DNA of 64,000 nucleotides from Paludibacter jiangxiensis (GTDB taxonomy: Bacteria; Bacteroidota; Bacteroidia; Bacteroidales; Paludibacteraceae). Location: positions 16,708-80,707 of the forward strand of contig CAMBSB010000003.1 of assembly GCA_945870155.1 (NCBI GenBank), read 5' to 3'. The position numbers and the translations under genes are program-made. The notes under the pieces are model-generated. The model saw only the letters and a list, made by a program, of their open reading frames with translations. It had not been told where the DNA came from and did no database searches. Shown one piece after another: positions 49,894 through 59,233 of this stretch; within the stretch, counting starts at the first letter, position 1, and every line of letters starts with the position of its first letter.

Positions 49894-51216
49894 ATGAAAA
49901 CAAAAATTGCAAGCATGTTAGTGGTTTTGTTTATTACAACTTCCGCTCAACTTTGGGGACAGAGAAACATTAAAGTAGAAGCTTATAACAACGATATAAG
50001 TTATAATCTCGATTTACAAGCTGTAGCATCACTTTTTGGAGATTCAAAAGATTTGGAAGATTTCGAATATCGTTTGAATGATTACGATTCACAAATCTCA
50101 AATCTTGATTTAAACTCAGATGGACAGGTAGATTATTTAAGGGTAATTGAAACATCCGAAAACAATGTACATTTAATAGTGATACAAGCCGTACTCGACA
50201 GGGATGTTTTTCAGGATGTGGCTTCTATAGTTGTTGAACGCGACAGATACAGAAGATCATACATTCAAATTATTGGCGATCCTTATATGTATGGAACAAA
50301 CTATATAATTGAGCCTTACTATTATCGTACTCCTTTTATAGTTTCGTGGTTTTGGACTCCCAGATACAGAAGTTATTTTTCGCCTTACTATTACGGATAT
50401 TATCCCAGGTATTACAGATATCGTCACCCTTTAGAAATTAATATCTATTTAACCAAAATACATCGACACATAAACTACGATCACCAGTATCGATATACCG
50501 AAACAAGAAGAAATAATTATTCTTCACATTTACATAACTCTATCGGAAGAAATGATTATGGAACCAGATATCCTGAACGAAATTTCAGCCAACGAAACAA
50601 CAATAGCCGCAACCGCGAAGATATGGATCGCCGCTATCAATCGAATAAAGATGGTTCAAGAATTAACAAATCGGATGAAAGAGATAACCGCAGGATAAGT
50701 TCCGACAGCAAAACCGAAAGAGGTTCAAGAAGTACAAATGATGATATATACAATGGTTCAAGAAATGATAGCAGAAATACAAATAGCTCAAGAAACTCAT
50801 CGGATAATATTTATAGTAGACCAAGTAACGACAATAGAGTAAATGGCTCAAGAAACTCGAACACTGAAGGTAGAAGCAAGATTGATAATTCAACTATAAA
50901 TAAACGAGGAACTAACAACGAAGCTTCGGAAAGCAGAAACAACAGCTATAACCAACGCGAAACAGAACAAAGCAGATCGACCAGAGTTACTGCACCCGAA
51001 TCAAGAAGAAATGCTGAAACACCAACACCCAGAGTAACTAGGGAATCGAATACAAGAGTATCAGCACCAGCCAGAACCAGCGAACAAAAAGTAGAAAGAA
51101 GAAGCACTGAACGCAGTGCCCAACCAAGTAGAAGTGAATCAAAAAGCACTAATAATACTAGAAGTGATAGCAAAAATGACTCAAAAAGCGATAGCAGAAG
51201 CGATTCAAGAAGATAA
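49894..51216 (+). CDS. Secreted hypothetical protein with long R/S/N/D-rich disordered tail
   Basis: Signal peptide, globular domain with NLDLNSDGQVDY, Tyr-rich segment, ~200-aa low-complexity tail. Confidence 0.8.
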   Translation: MKTKIASMLVVLFITTSAQLWGQRNIKVEAYNNDISYNLDLQAVASLFGDSKDLEDFEYRLNDYDSQISNLDLNSDGQVDYLRVIETSENNVHLIVIQAVLDRDVFQDVASIVVERDRYRRSYIQIIGDPYMYGTNYIIEPYYYRTPFIVSWFWTPRYRSYFSPYYYGYYPRYYRYRHPLEINIYLTKIHRHINYDHQYRYTETRRNNYSSHLHNSIGRNDYGTRYPERNFSQRNNNSRNREDMDRRYQSNKDGSRINKSDERDNRRISSDSKTERGSRSTNDDIYNGSRNDSRNTNSSRNSSDNIYSRPSNDNRVNGSRNSNTEGRSKIDNSTINKRGTNNEASESRNNSYNQRETEQSRSTRVTAPESRRNAETPTPRVTRESNTRVSAPARTSEQKVERRSTERSAQPSRSESKSTNNTRSDSKNDSKSDSRSDSRR

Positions 51217-51264
51217 AAAATAATCAATTATGCAAAATCTGTTTGTTACAACATAATTGTATTT

Positions 51265-51296
51265 AAAAGCCACTAATTTTCTTTAGTGGCTTTTTT
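51265..51296 (+). terminator. Intrinsic terminator
   Basis: AAAAGCCACTA / TAGTGGCTTTT stem followed by a T-tract. Confidence 0.8.
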
Positions 51297-51740
51297 ATGT
51301 AAAACTGATTCATAGAGGAAAATACATTATTACATAATCTCAATCACTTAATATTATTGCTGTACTACTAATATTCGCCATAAATTTGATAAACTAACAA
51401 CCTAAATAGCACATAAACAAATACTCAAAAGACAAAAGAACTAAAATAAAAGTGCAGTGGCTTGATAATCAAAAAATATATGTCTCAATTTAAAACAATA
51501 GGCAATGAAAAAAAAAATCTTAATTATAAAATTCATTGGCTTAAATCATTAAATATGTACTTAAAACCACATATCCCTTTGAAGATAGATAAAACAAGGG
51601 TTTATTAAAACTTAGAGAAGGAGTAAAAAAATTTGCTCCTTTTTTTTATATTAATGTTTGATGTTTAAAAATAATTATTAACTTTGAGGGCTTAATTAAG
51701 TGAAAATATAAAACATATCACTTAAACAGAAAAGCTTCAT

Positions 51741-51818
51741 ATATACAGTTAACTAACTATATACTAAAATTTTGTGGAAATACTAAGTAAACTAAGTATA
51801 TTTATGAGTTAGCAGCAA
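51741..51818 (+). other. attC-like hairpin, near-copy of 5391-5468
   Basis: TATACAG.TAACT.ACTATATACT...TAAACTAAGTATATTTATGAGTTAGC.GC is shared. Confidence 0.55.
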
Positions 51819-51903
51819 GCCGAAAAAAAAGAAAGACAAAGAATGGAATAGCGTATAAGAAAATTATCTCTATTAAAAAAACATCGCAACCAAAAACAAT
51901 ATT

Positions 51904-52860
51904 ATGAAAAGAACAAGTTTACTTATTTTGTCAATCACCCTTTGGGCAATTACTGGAAGTCTTTTTGGACAAGCCAAAAAACCGACATTAATGATTTTAC
52001 CCAGCGACAATTGGTGCGAACAACGTTTTTTTATGACCGAATTTGACAATCAAGGAAAAAAACAAAAAGTACCTAATTACAAACAAGTTTTTCAAGAAGA
52101 TACAGAAATTAGTCAAGTAATTTCAAAAATTGGTGAATTAATGATTGAACGAGGTTTCCCGCTTAAAGATGCTGAACAGGAAATGAAAACAATAGAAATA
52201 AGAAATGAAGAAACCGCAAACACAATAAGCAAAACCAGTGGTGTGTCAATTGCAGAAAGCCCTTTGGACAAACTTCAGAACAGAACAAAAGCCGACATTC
52301 TAATTCAAATTTGGTGGAAAGTTAGTAAAACTGAGCAAGGCAAAGTGGTTTCATTTGTGCTTGAAGCATTTGATGCTTACACAAGCAAGCAAATTGCTGC
52401 TTCATCCGGAAATGGAACTCCGAACAACACAGACATTGTGCCTGTATTATTGGAGAAAGCAGTTTTAGCTAATATTGACCCATTTGCATCTCAATTACAA
52501 CTGCATTTCGATGATATGTTCAAAAATGGAAGGGAAATAATGCTGACAGTTAAGAAGTGGAATAGTTGTGACAAAAACATGGAAACTGAAATAAATGGAA
52601 AAGAAATAACCGATTACATTAATAACTGGATGAAGGATAACACCGTAAACAAAAGATTTACGATGTCAGATGCCACTGAAAATATTATTCGTTTCGACCA
52701 AGTGCGCATTCCATTATATAATGTTTATAACGATCCAATAGATGCCCGACAATTCGCCAAAGGTTTACAGCAATACCTGAAAGCTACACCATTTAATTTT
52801 GAGGTAAAACTAATGACTCGTGGACTGGGAGAAGCAATTCTGGTTTTAGGTGAAAAATAA
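51904..52860 (+). CDS. DUF6175-like secreted protein
   Basis: Signal peptide; AKKPTLMILPSDNWC...FPLKDAEQ...LEAFDAYTSKQIA...TRGLGEA pattern recalled for this Bacteroidota family. Confidence 0.65.
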   Translation: MKRTSLLILSITLWAITGSLFGQAKKPTLMILPSDNWCEQRFFMTEFDNQGKKQKVPNYKQVFQEDTEISQVISKIGELMIERGFPLKDAEQEMKTIEIRNEETANTISKTSGVSIAESPLDKLQNRTKADILIQIWWKVSKTEQGKVVSFVLEAFDAYTSKQIAASSGNGTPNNTDIVPVLLEKAVLANIDPFASQLQLHFDDMFKNGREIMLTVKKWNSCDKNMETEINGKEITDYINNWMKDNTVNKRFTMSDATENIIRFDQVRIPLYNVYNDPIDARQFAKGLQQYLKATPFNFEVKLMTRGLGEAILVLGEK

Positions 52861-52904
52861 TTCAACAGCAAACAATAGTGTATAATCATATAATTTGATA
52901 GAAT

Positions 52905-53234
52905 ATGAAAACAGTAATATTAACAATAGCTCCTACAGGAACAAATAGTGATCATTATAGACTTTATTTAGATGACAAAACAATAAATAGAGAAATAAAA
53001 ACTTTGACTATTGTTTTAGAAAATGAAGTAATTGAAATTATAGATGCACTAGCAACATATATAAATTACGGAAATCTTTCTCATCCTACTATCCATAAAT
53101 GGATTATTGATAATAATTTGACTAATACGCCACCACGTAAACCAGCCAAACTAATATTTTCTTTAACTATTGAAGGAAGTAGTCATAGATATAAGTTTTA
53201 TCCTGATCAAGCAAATCTAATGAATCTACACTAA
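52905..53234 (+). CDS. Hypothetical protein
   Basis: 109-aa ORF with no recognisable motif. Confidence 0.55.
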   Translation: MKTVILTIAPTGTNSDHYRLYLDDKTINREIKTLTIVLENEVIEIIDALATYINYGNLSHPTIHKWIIDNNLTNTPPRKPAKLIFSLTIEGSSHRYKFYPDQANLMNLH

Positions 53235-53311
53235 TCATGCTCGGGCATATGCCGTAAAATAACAATGATATAAAAATTCGTTATCAATACAATATAAATT
53301 AAGAAAACTAT

Positions 53312-54877
53312 ATGAAAAAGTTCATTTTCATGTCATTACTTTTTGCTCTTAATACTTTACAAGCTCAAAAAAAACATGACTATCACCCTGAATTTGAAGA
53401 GATAGTAAATAGAGCTGATTCTGTTAATTTTAAAATTAAAGACCATAAAACAGCGATTGAAATATATAAAAGTGTAATTAATACAAATGGCGACTTTGAA
53501 GATTTATTAAGATGTAAGTTAAGTTCTTATAAGGCTTTAAGTCGGATTTTTCAGAATACAGATTTCGATGGACATGATTTTAATTTAGCTTATATGTACT
53601 TAAAAAAAGCAGTTGAAGCACGTGATATTTATCGTATTAAAGCTGGATTTAAAACAAAAATTACTTCTGAAACTGACGATTTAGCAAGAGATATGGCCAA
53701 ATTAGTAGAAAGATACCCTGGTTGTGAAAATGGCACATATGTAAGTGCATCAGTAAAAGTTGATGAAAAAGTAAAAGTACAACCTGTTGAAAATAAAAAA
53801 AATATTGAAAATTCAATTGTAACAGAAATAGAAATTAAAAAAGATATGGCTATTACAAGTACACAAAGTTCCACTAATACAGATAAAACAGTTAGTATCA
53901 CTGTTAGTGGAAGCGGTAAAACACAAGATGAAGCTAAACAATCGGCACTTCGATCAGCAATTGAACAAGCATTTGGGGCTTTTATTTCTGCTAAAACAGA
54001 AATCCTTAACGACCAAGTTATTTCAGACCAAATTACTTCTGTGGCAAGTGGTAATATTCAGTCTTTTGATATTTTAAATGCGGCACAATTACCTGATGGT
54101 ATTTGGGGTGTAATGCTTAAAGTATTAGTGTCTATAGATAAACTTTCTAGTTTTGTTCAAGCTAAAGGAGTTACTATTGAAATAAAAGGTGGACTGTTTG
54201 CATTAAATATAAAACAACAAATTATGAATGAGAATGCAGAGTTTAGAGCAGTTTGTGATATGGTAGCTCTATTACACGAGCCAATGCAGACAGCATTTGA
54301 TTATACTATAATAAGTGGGGAGCCACAATCTAAAGATACAGAGAGTAAAAACTGGGAAATTACTTTAAAAGTTTCTGCAACTACAAATAAGAATATGGAT
54401 TTTTGTGCTGATTACTGTATTAAGACATTGTCTGCACTAAGTTTATCTACAGATGAAGCTTTAACTTATAGAGCTTTAAATAAAAATATTTTCCAAGTAG
54501 TGATAAAATATAATGGTCGTACTAATTATAATGGTCAAACTACAAACTTCATTTTAAGAAATCAAGCCAGCATTAATGTATTAAAGATGTTAGCAAATAA
54601 TTGGGATTTCTATACAAGATTATTTACAGTGCAATCAGGCATGGATGAATCAAACGGTAACGGAAATGGTGAAATCTTTAATTTTAGTAATATCTATAAT
54701 CATCCTTATTCAAACGAAGAAACATATGAAATTAACTTTTTATCTACAGGGCAACAGGCAGCGACTTTTTCATGGCAAGATAAACGAACCCTTGCCCAAA
54801 TAGAACAAATGACTGGTTATACAGTAAAACCAAGAGGCGTTGTTTCACAATTTAAACGGGGGGTTTGTCGTTTATGA
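53312..54877 (+). CDS. Secreted protein with TPR-like N-domain and LPP20-like domain; truncated by a frameshift before a C-terminal DUF1566 domain
   Basis: VSGSGKTQDEAKQSALRSAIEQAFG motif; the reading frame shifts in the G6 run near 54858-54863. Confidence 0.65.
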   Translation: MKKFIFMSLLFALNTLQAQKKHDYHPEFEEIVNRADSVNFKIKDHKTAIEIYKSVINTNGDFEDLLRCKLSSYKALSRIFQNTDFDGHDFNLAYMYLKKAVEARDIYRIKAGFKTKITSETDDLARDMAKLVERYPGCENGTYVSASVKVDEKVKVQPVENKKNIENSIVTEIEIKKDMAITSTQSSTNTDKTVSITVSGSGKTQDEAKQSALRSAIEQAFGAFISAKTEILNDQVISDQITSVASGNIQSFDILNAAQLPDGIWGVMLKVLVSIDKLSSFVQAKGVTIEIKGGLFALNIKQQIMNENAEFRAVCDMVALLHEPMQTAFDYTIISGEPQSKDTESKNWEITLKVSATTNKNMDFCADYCIKTLSALSLSTDEALTYRALNKNIFQVVIKYNGRTNYNGQTTNFILRNQASINVLKMLANNWDFYTRLFTVQSGMDESNGNGNGEIFNFSNIYNHPYSNEETYEINFLSTGQQAATFSWQDKRTLAQIEQMTGYTVKPRGVVSQFKRGVCRL

Positions 54878-55270
54878 AAAAAATGGAAATTTCTTTATTG
54901 CTTCAATAATAAATTTAGAAAAATGGAAATTTCCGGGTACAACAGCAAAAACTGCTTTTGACGAACTTGTTATAAATGTTTTAGTGATATGCTTTTGCCT
55001 ACAAAAGAAGAATCAAAAACAATTTATTTAAATTTAATAAAGTATGGAGTGGGTGGTTTTCAACCTAACTATTATTGGAGTTTCAGCGAGTACTATTACG
55101 ATAGTGCCAGAGCTTGGGAGCAGATTTCGTCTATAACCAGCGGTAGTAGATCCCCCTCTCCAAAAGTTTGAAGAGCTATGTATGAACTGTTCGAGCATTT
55201 TAACGAAAATATAAAACGTATTTTTTATGAAACTACAAGACTTTCTTTCTGTGCAGTTGGGTCTTTTAGA
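54856..55270 (+). pseudogene. Frameshifted DUF1566/Lcl C-terminal domain
   Basis: Pieces in different frames: GGFVVYEKNG, LPTKEE...GVGGFQPNYYWS.SE, and CAVGSF resembling RAVRAF. Confidence 0.65.
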
Positions 55271-55303
55271 AAAACAAAACATAATAAACTAAAACATAAA
55301 ATT

Positions 55304-55903
55304 ATGATACACTATGCAAGAACTTATGGGTCAATCCATCACCCCAATAATTTGATAGAAGCTTGGAAATATCCGACTGCCCCAGTTTTGGATTCATTTG
55401 GAGTCACTATTCCAGAGCAAAACAAAACCTTTGGATTGGAAGAATTTAATTTTAATCCTTTATATCTCAATGAAAAAATTGCTTACATACCGTGTTATGG
55501 TACTGTACGATTTTATCCTCGTCTATTTATTGAAGAGCTAAGATTGATATACAGAGTAAAAGATACATGTTATTGTCATTATGCTACTTTATTCAATATA
55601 GTATCATTTAACAATAATGAAATTGTGAATTTGAGGCAAATAATTAATCCTGAATTAAATCAAATTTATTTTAGTCAAGAATCTCAAGGATTTTTCGGTG
55701 CAGATTTTACGACATTCCAACGTAAAATTCAAGAAATGTACGATTCAAATTCTATCGCAGATAATCAAAACGATAATTCTTTTTTAGTGAATGTAAAATA
55801 TGAACGTATTGAAATATTGGATAAACCTATTTATTGTAAGTTAAATTCGCATTATGCTGCTCAATGGAAAATAAATGTTGAATATCCATGCATTTGTAAA
55901 TAA
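55304..55903 (+). CDS. Hypothetical protein
   Basis: Start placed at ATG 55304 because the upstream 42 codons overlap the DUF1566 remnant. Confidence 0.55.
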   Translation: MIHYARTYGSIHHPNNLIEAWKYPTAPVLDSFGVTIPEQNKTFGLEEFNFNPLYLNEKIAYIPCYGTVRFYPRLFIEELRLIYRVKDTCYCHYATLFNIVSFNNNEIVNLRQIINPELNQIYFSQESQGFFGADFTTFQRKIQEMYDSNSIADNQNDNSFLVNVKYERIEILDKPIYCKLNSHYAAQWKINVEYPCICK

Positions 55904-55929
55904 ATAAACGCATCAGTATAGAATTAGTT

Positions 55930-56412
55930 ATGAATAAAATCAAATTTATTTTTGTGGGGCTTACAATGTTTATTTTTGTGAATGCCCAATCATTCAATGA
56001 AGATAAAACCACATTTGCCAACTTTCTAAAACGAATGTACACAGCATCTGCATTTGAAGGCGTAAAAGTGGTAGATGATTATGACCATCAGTATTTAATA
56101 TCGGTACTTACGCTCGAAAAAGCAAAATATGCCAGTAATCCATCAGCTATGGATAGAGTGGCACAAGTAAAAGCACAGTCGCAAGCCAATACGTTTATAA
56201 ATGGTGCTACAATAAGTTCCGATTTAATAATCAAAACAACTGAGCAAAAATCCAAAGACTCTACTTCGGTTTTAGTCGAAACCATAGAATCGATAAAACA
56301 AAATGCTATGGGTTTTACTCGTGGTTTAGAATTGCTTACAAACTTTGAAAATTCCGATGGTAAACGATTGGTTTATATTTACATGAGAGAAATGAAGACA
56401 GAAAAATATTGA
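55930..56412 (+). CDS. Secreted hypothetical protein of the DUF6175-type cluster
   Basis: Signal peptide (VNA/Q); FLKRMY...FEGVKVVDDYD...RVAQVKAQSQA. Confidence 0.75.
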   Translation: MNKIKFIFVGLTMFIFVNAQSFNEDKTTFANFLKRMYTASAFEGVKVVDDYDHQYLISVLTLEKAKYASNPSAMDRVAQVKAQSQANTFINGATISSDLIIKTTEQKSKDSTSVLVETIESIKQNAMGFTRGLELLTNFENSDGKRLVYIYMREMKTEKY

Positions 56413-56542
56413 TTAATCACGCTTGTCCTTGCGGATATATCTAATTTATATTTATGCACATAATGTGAGGTGCGCGCCAGATGGGAAATAAGCAGACCTT
56501 ACCAACGAGAGTAAAAGCATTTACAGTGTACTGGTTTTCAAA

Positions 56543-58366
56543 TCAATAACTTACATTAAACCCAATATTAAAATTCGTAGGTGGCATGGGATAGCCATAG
56601 TTTATTTCGTATTTTTGATTTAGCAAATTATTCGCCATAAAAAACACATCGAGCATTTTAAGCGGTTTAGCGGATACACGTGCGTTGAGCAAGGTATAAG
56701 TTTCAGTTATGGGCGTAAGTGTATTTGTTTGTAAGCGGGTGTAAAGCTGATCTATATGTTGTGCCGAAAGATTAAAGTTCCAGATTTTAAAATGATAGTT
56801 CAGGCTTAAATTAACTTGCTGACGTGGGGCTGCCAATACTGCTTTTTCTATATCCACAAAACTATAATTACCGTGCAACATCAATCCTTTGCTAATAAAG
56901 TATTTGCCCGAAAACTCTATACCTTTGTTATTGAAACGTCCAATATTTTGTCGCTTCATGGCTGGTGGAATACCGGATACCTGTATCAAATTTTCACCAT
57001 TTACCACAAAGGCCGTTAGCTCGCATTGTAATTTGTTATCGAAAGCAGTTTGCAACCAACTCAATTCATAATTCATCATACTTTCGGGCTGTAAAAAGGC
57101 ATTGGGGGCATACAAATAAAGTTCCATAATAGTTGGGTTGCGGAAACCTTTCGAAACAGAAGCTTTGAAAGAAGTTTGACTGCTCTGAATATACGAAATT
57201 CCTGCCATGGGCACAAGTGCTTTACCATAAACCGAATTGTTTTCGAGCCGTATGCCGGCACTCAATGTGAGTTTGGTAAAAAATTGTTGTTGGGTATAAG
57301 CATATACTGCCATTTCGTTGTTGGTTTTAAGCAAGTTGGCAGCTAAGCCACGGTTGGCAGTACCGCCGTATTGTTTAAAATCTGTGCCTAAGGTAAGTGT
57401 ATTATTGTCGAAAAAATGAAAAGTTTCGAAAAGCATAATCCCACTGTTTCGGTCAGTTGATTGAAATCCATCCGAAAGGATGTGTTCCCCAAAATTATGA
57501 TAGATTTTAAGCGAACCATCGGCTTTTTCAAATTTATTGTCAAATGACAAAGCTGCTTTTCCCCTGGTAATATCAATATTGAATGGAGCTGGAGCATAAA
57601 CTGTTCCATTGTCGTTGGCATTGAATTTAGCTATACTGTAGTCGGTATTTACACTGAAGTGTTTACTGATTTCATACCCTAGTTTGGCATAAGCATTGGT
57701 GATTTTGAAATCAGTATTGGAACGTATTCCATCGGTCTGATCGTGGTTGGCTGAAACAAAAACACTTAATTTATTTTTTTTGTAACCTAATGTGCCATAA
57801 TACTTTTGCGTATTGTACGAACCATAAGATGCCCCTGCATTTAACTTTAAGCCTTCGGTATTTTGTTTTTTTGTAATCAAATTAATAACTCCCGCCATGG
57901 CATTGGAACCATAAAGCAAGGAAGCAGGACCGCGTATAATTTCAACCTTTTCAATATCCGAAGCCACATAAGCATCAGCAAGCGGATGCCCGAAGATTCC
58001 CTGATATTGGGGGTGTCCATCTATCAAAACCAGAACATTCGTATTGGGCTGACTGCTAATACCTCTGATACTGATAGACCCCGAACCGCCTGTACCAACT
58101 CCAAATCCAAGCAAACTGCGTTCGGTAACAAATATGCCCGGAGTGAAAGTATTTAATGCCGGAAGCACATTCATTTGTCCACTATTTGTAATATCTTGTT
58201 TCGAAATTTGCGAAACTGAAAGTGGAACAAACCGACGAGAAATCTCAGTTTTTGAACCTGTTACTACCAACTCGGCTAGTTTTATACTATCATTTAATTT
58301 GTTTTGAGACAATATGATATTTGATGTTAAAAATAGAAAAGTGAAAATGATCAATTGTAGTTTCAT
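56543..58366 (-). CDS. TonB-dependent receptor, probably Ni/Co-related
   Basis: VVTGSK TonB-box region, IEKVEIIRGPASLLYGSNAMAGVINLITK plug motif; downstream of nikR with a NikR-like box. Confidence 0.9.
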   Translation of the reverse strand: MKLQLIIFTFLFLTSNIILSQNKLNDSIKLAELVVTGSKTEISRRFVPLSVSQISKQDITNSGQMNVLPALNTFTPGIFVTERSLLGFGVGTGGSGSISIRGISSQPNTNVLVLIDGHPQYQGIFGHPLADAYVASDIEKVEIIRGPASLLYGSNAMAGVINLITKKQNTEGLKLNAGASYGSYNTQKYYGTLGYKKNKLSVFVSANHDQTDGIRSNTDFKITNAYAKLGYEISKHFSVNTDYSIAKFNANDNGTVYAPAPFNIDITRGKAALSFDNKFEKADGSLKIYHNFGEHILSDGFQSTDRNSGIMLFETFHFFDNNTLTLGTDFKQYGGTANRGLAANLLKTNNEMAVYAYTQQQFFTKLTLSAGIRLENNSVYGKALVPMAGISYIQSSQTSFKASVSKGFRNPTIMELYLYAPNAFLQPESMMNYELSWLQTAFDNKLQCELTAFVVNGENLIQVSGIPPAMKRQNIGRFNNKGIEFSGKYFISKGLMLHGNYSFVDIEKAVLAAPRQQVNLSLNYHFKIWNFNLSAQHIDQLYTRLQTNTLTPITETYTLLNARVSAKPLKMLDVFFMANNLLNQKYEINYGYPMPPTNFNIGFNVSY

Positions 58367-58419
58367 ATTAATAGTATGGATACTTTATTAATCCATGTAA
58401 ATGTTTTGTATAAATGATT

Positions 58420-58447
58420 GTGTTATCAAAATTGAAATTCGTGTTAC
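58420..58447. promoter_or_regulatory. Candidate NikR operator upstream of the TBDR
   Basis: GTGTTAT-N14-GTGTTAC; same half-site and spacing as 58868-58895. Confidence 0.55.
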
Positions 58448-58464
58448 TGTATTTCAAAAAAAAT

Positions 58465-58866
58465 TTAATCTATTTTACTCATAATCAGTTTGCCGTGTTC
58501 AATCCCTTTTATGGCAATAAGTTTATCGGACAGTTCAGTTAACTTATTCGATGGTCCTTTAACTGCAATAATTTCGAGTATTTTTTCATCCGAAATATAA
58601 AAATTTTGAATAGAAAGCACCTCGTTAACTGCATTTCTTTTTATCTCGGATAATTTAATTTGAATATCTGATTTATTAAAATTATATGTGAGTATTATAG
58701 CTCCGGCAACTATATTGTTGCATTTCCATTTTTTTTCAACAATATTTTTCTCAATCAAATTACGTATTGCTTGCGATCTGTTAGGGAACATATTCGATTG
58801 AACATACTCATCCAAGGCTTCTAATAAGTCATTTTCAAGCGAAACTCCAAATCGTACAACTGACAT
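58465..58866 (-). CDS. nikR: Nickel-responsive transcriptional regulator
   Basis: RFGVSLENDLLEALD..NRSQAIRNLI ribbon-helix-helix; C-terminal ACT-like domain (LEIIAVKG...GIEHGKL). Confidence 0.9.
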   Translation of the reverse strand: MSVVRFGVSLENDLLEALDEYVQSNMFPNRSQAIRNLIEKNIVEKKWKCNNIVAGAIILTYNFNKSDIQIKLSEIKRNAVNEVLSIQNFYISDEKILEIIAVKGPSNKLTELSDKLIAIKGIEHGKLIMSKID

Positions 58867-58867
58867 C

Positions 58868-58895
58868 GTGTTACTGTTTTAAATAAAAGTAGCAC
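58868..58895. promoter_or_regulatory. Candidate NikR operator (autoregulation)
   Basis: GTGTTAC-N14-GTAGCAC palindrome lies between the minus-strand TATCTTTG promoter motif (58895-58902) and the nikR ATG. Confidence 0.7.
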
Positions 58896-59197
58896 AAAGA
58901 TAATAAAATGACTGGTATAAAACAATAAACTGTGAATAGAGTAGAAAGAATTAAATAACAAAAATCCCAAATATCTATATGACAGAGTCGGAACTCTGTC
59001 ATATAGAAGACCCACAAAGACCCCCAACCCCCAAATGGGGGCTTTTAAGACTTGTTCTGTTAAAAACAAAACCAGAAAAACAAAACACGTTTTAATAATT
59101 ACACGGATTGGAAATCGTGCGACTTGTACCTGAAACTTTTGGTTATTCCGGTTCAAACTACTATCTTTGCGGTCGATTTTTGCTAACGAAAGCAAAA

Positions 59198-59228
59198 ACG
59201 TGTGCTTGAATACCACGTAAAAAACAAG
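59198..59228 (+). ncRNA. preQ1 class I riboswitch aptamer
   Basis: P1 ACGTG/CACGT, loop TGCTTGAATAC, tail AAAAAACAAG. Loop CTTG can pair with tail CAAG (pseudoknot). Upstream hairpin at 59177-59198 and TATCTTTG promoter at 59162. Precedes a queuosine precursor transporter. Confidence 0.88.
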
Positions 59229-59233
59229 AGAAA

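Noticed and set aside
52861-53300. The 109-aa gene as a discrete attC-bounded cassette
   Set aside because: Flanks have only faint AAC/GTT similarity and no convincing inverted arms.
54856-54866. Phase-variable poly-G switch restoring a full-length protein
   Set aside because: Correcting the G run alone would not restore the domain; further frameshifts and a stop follow.
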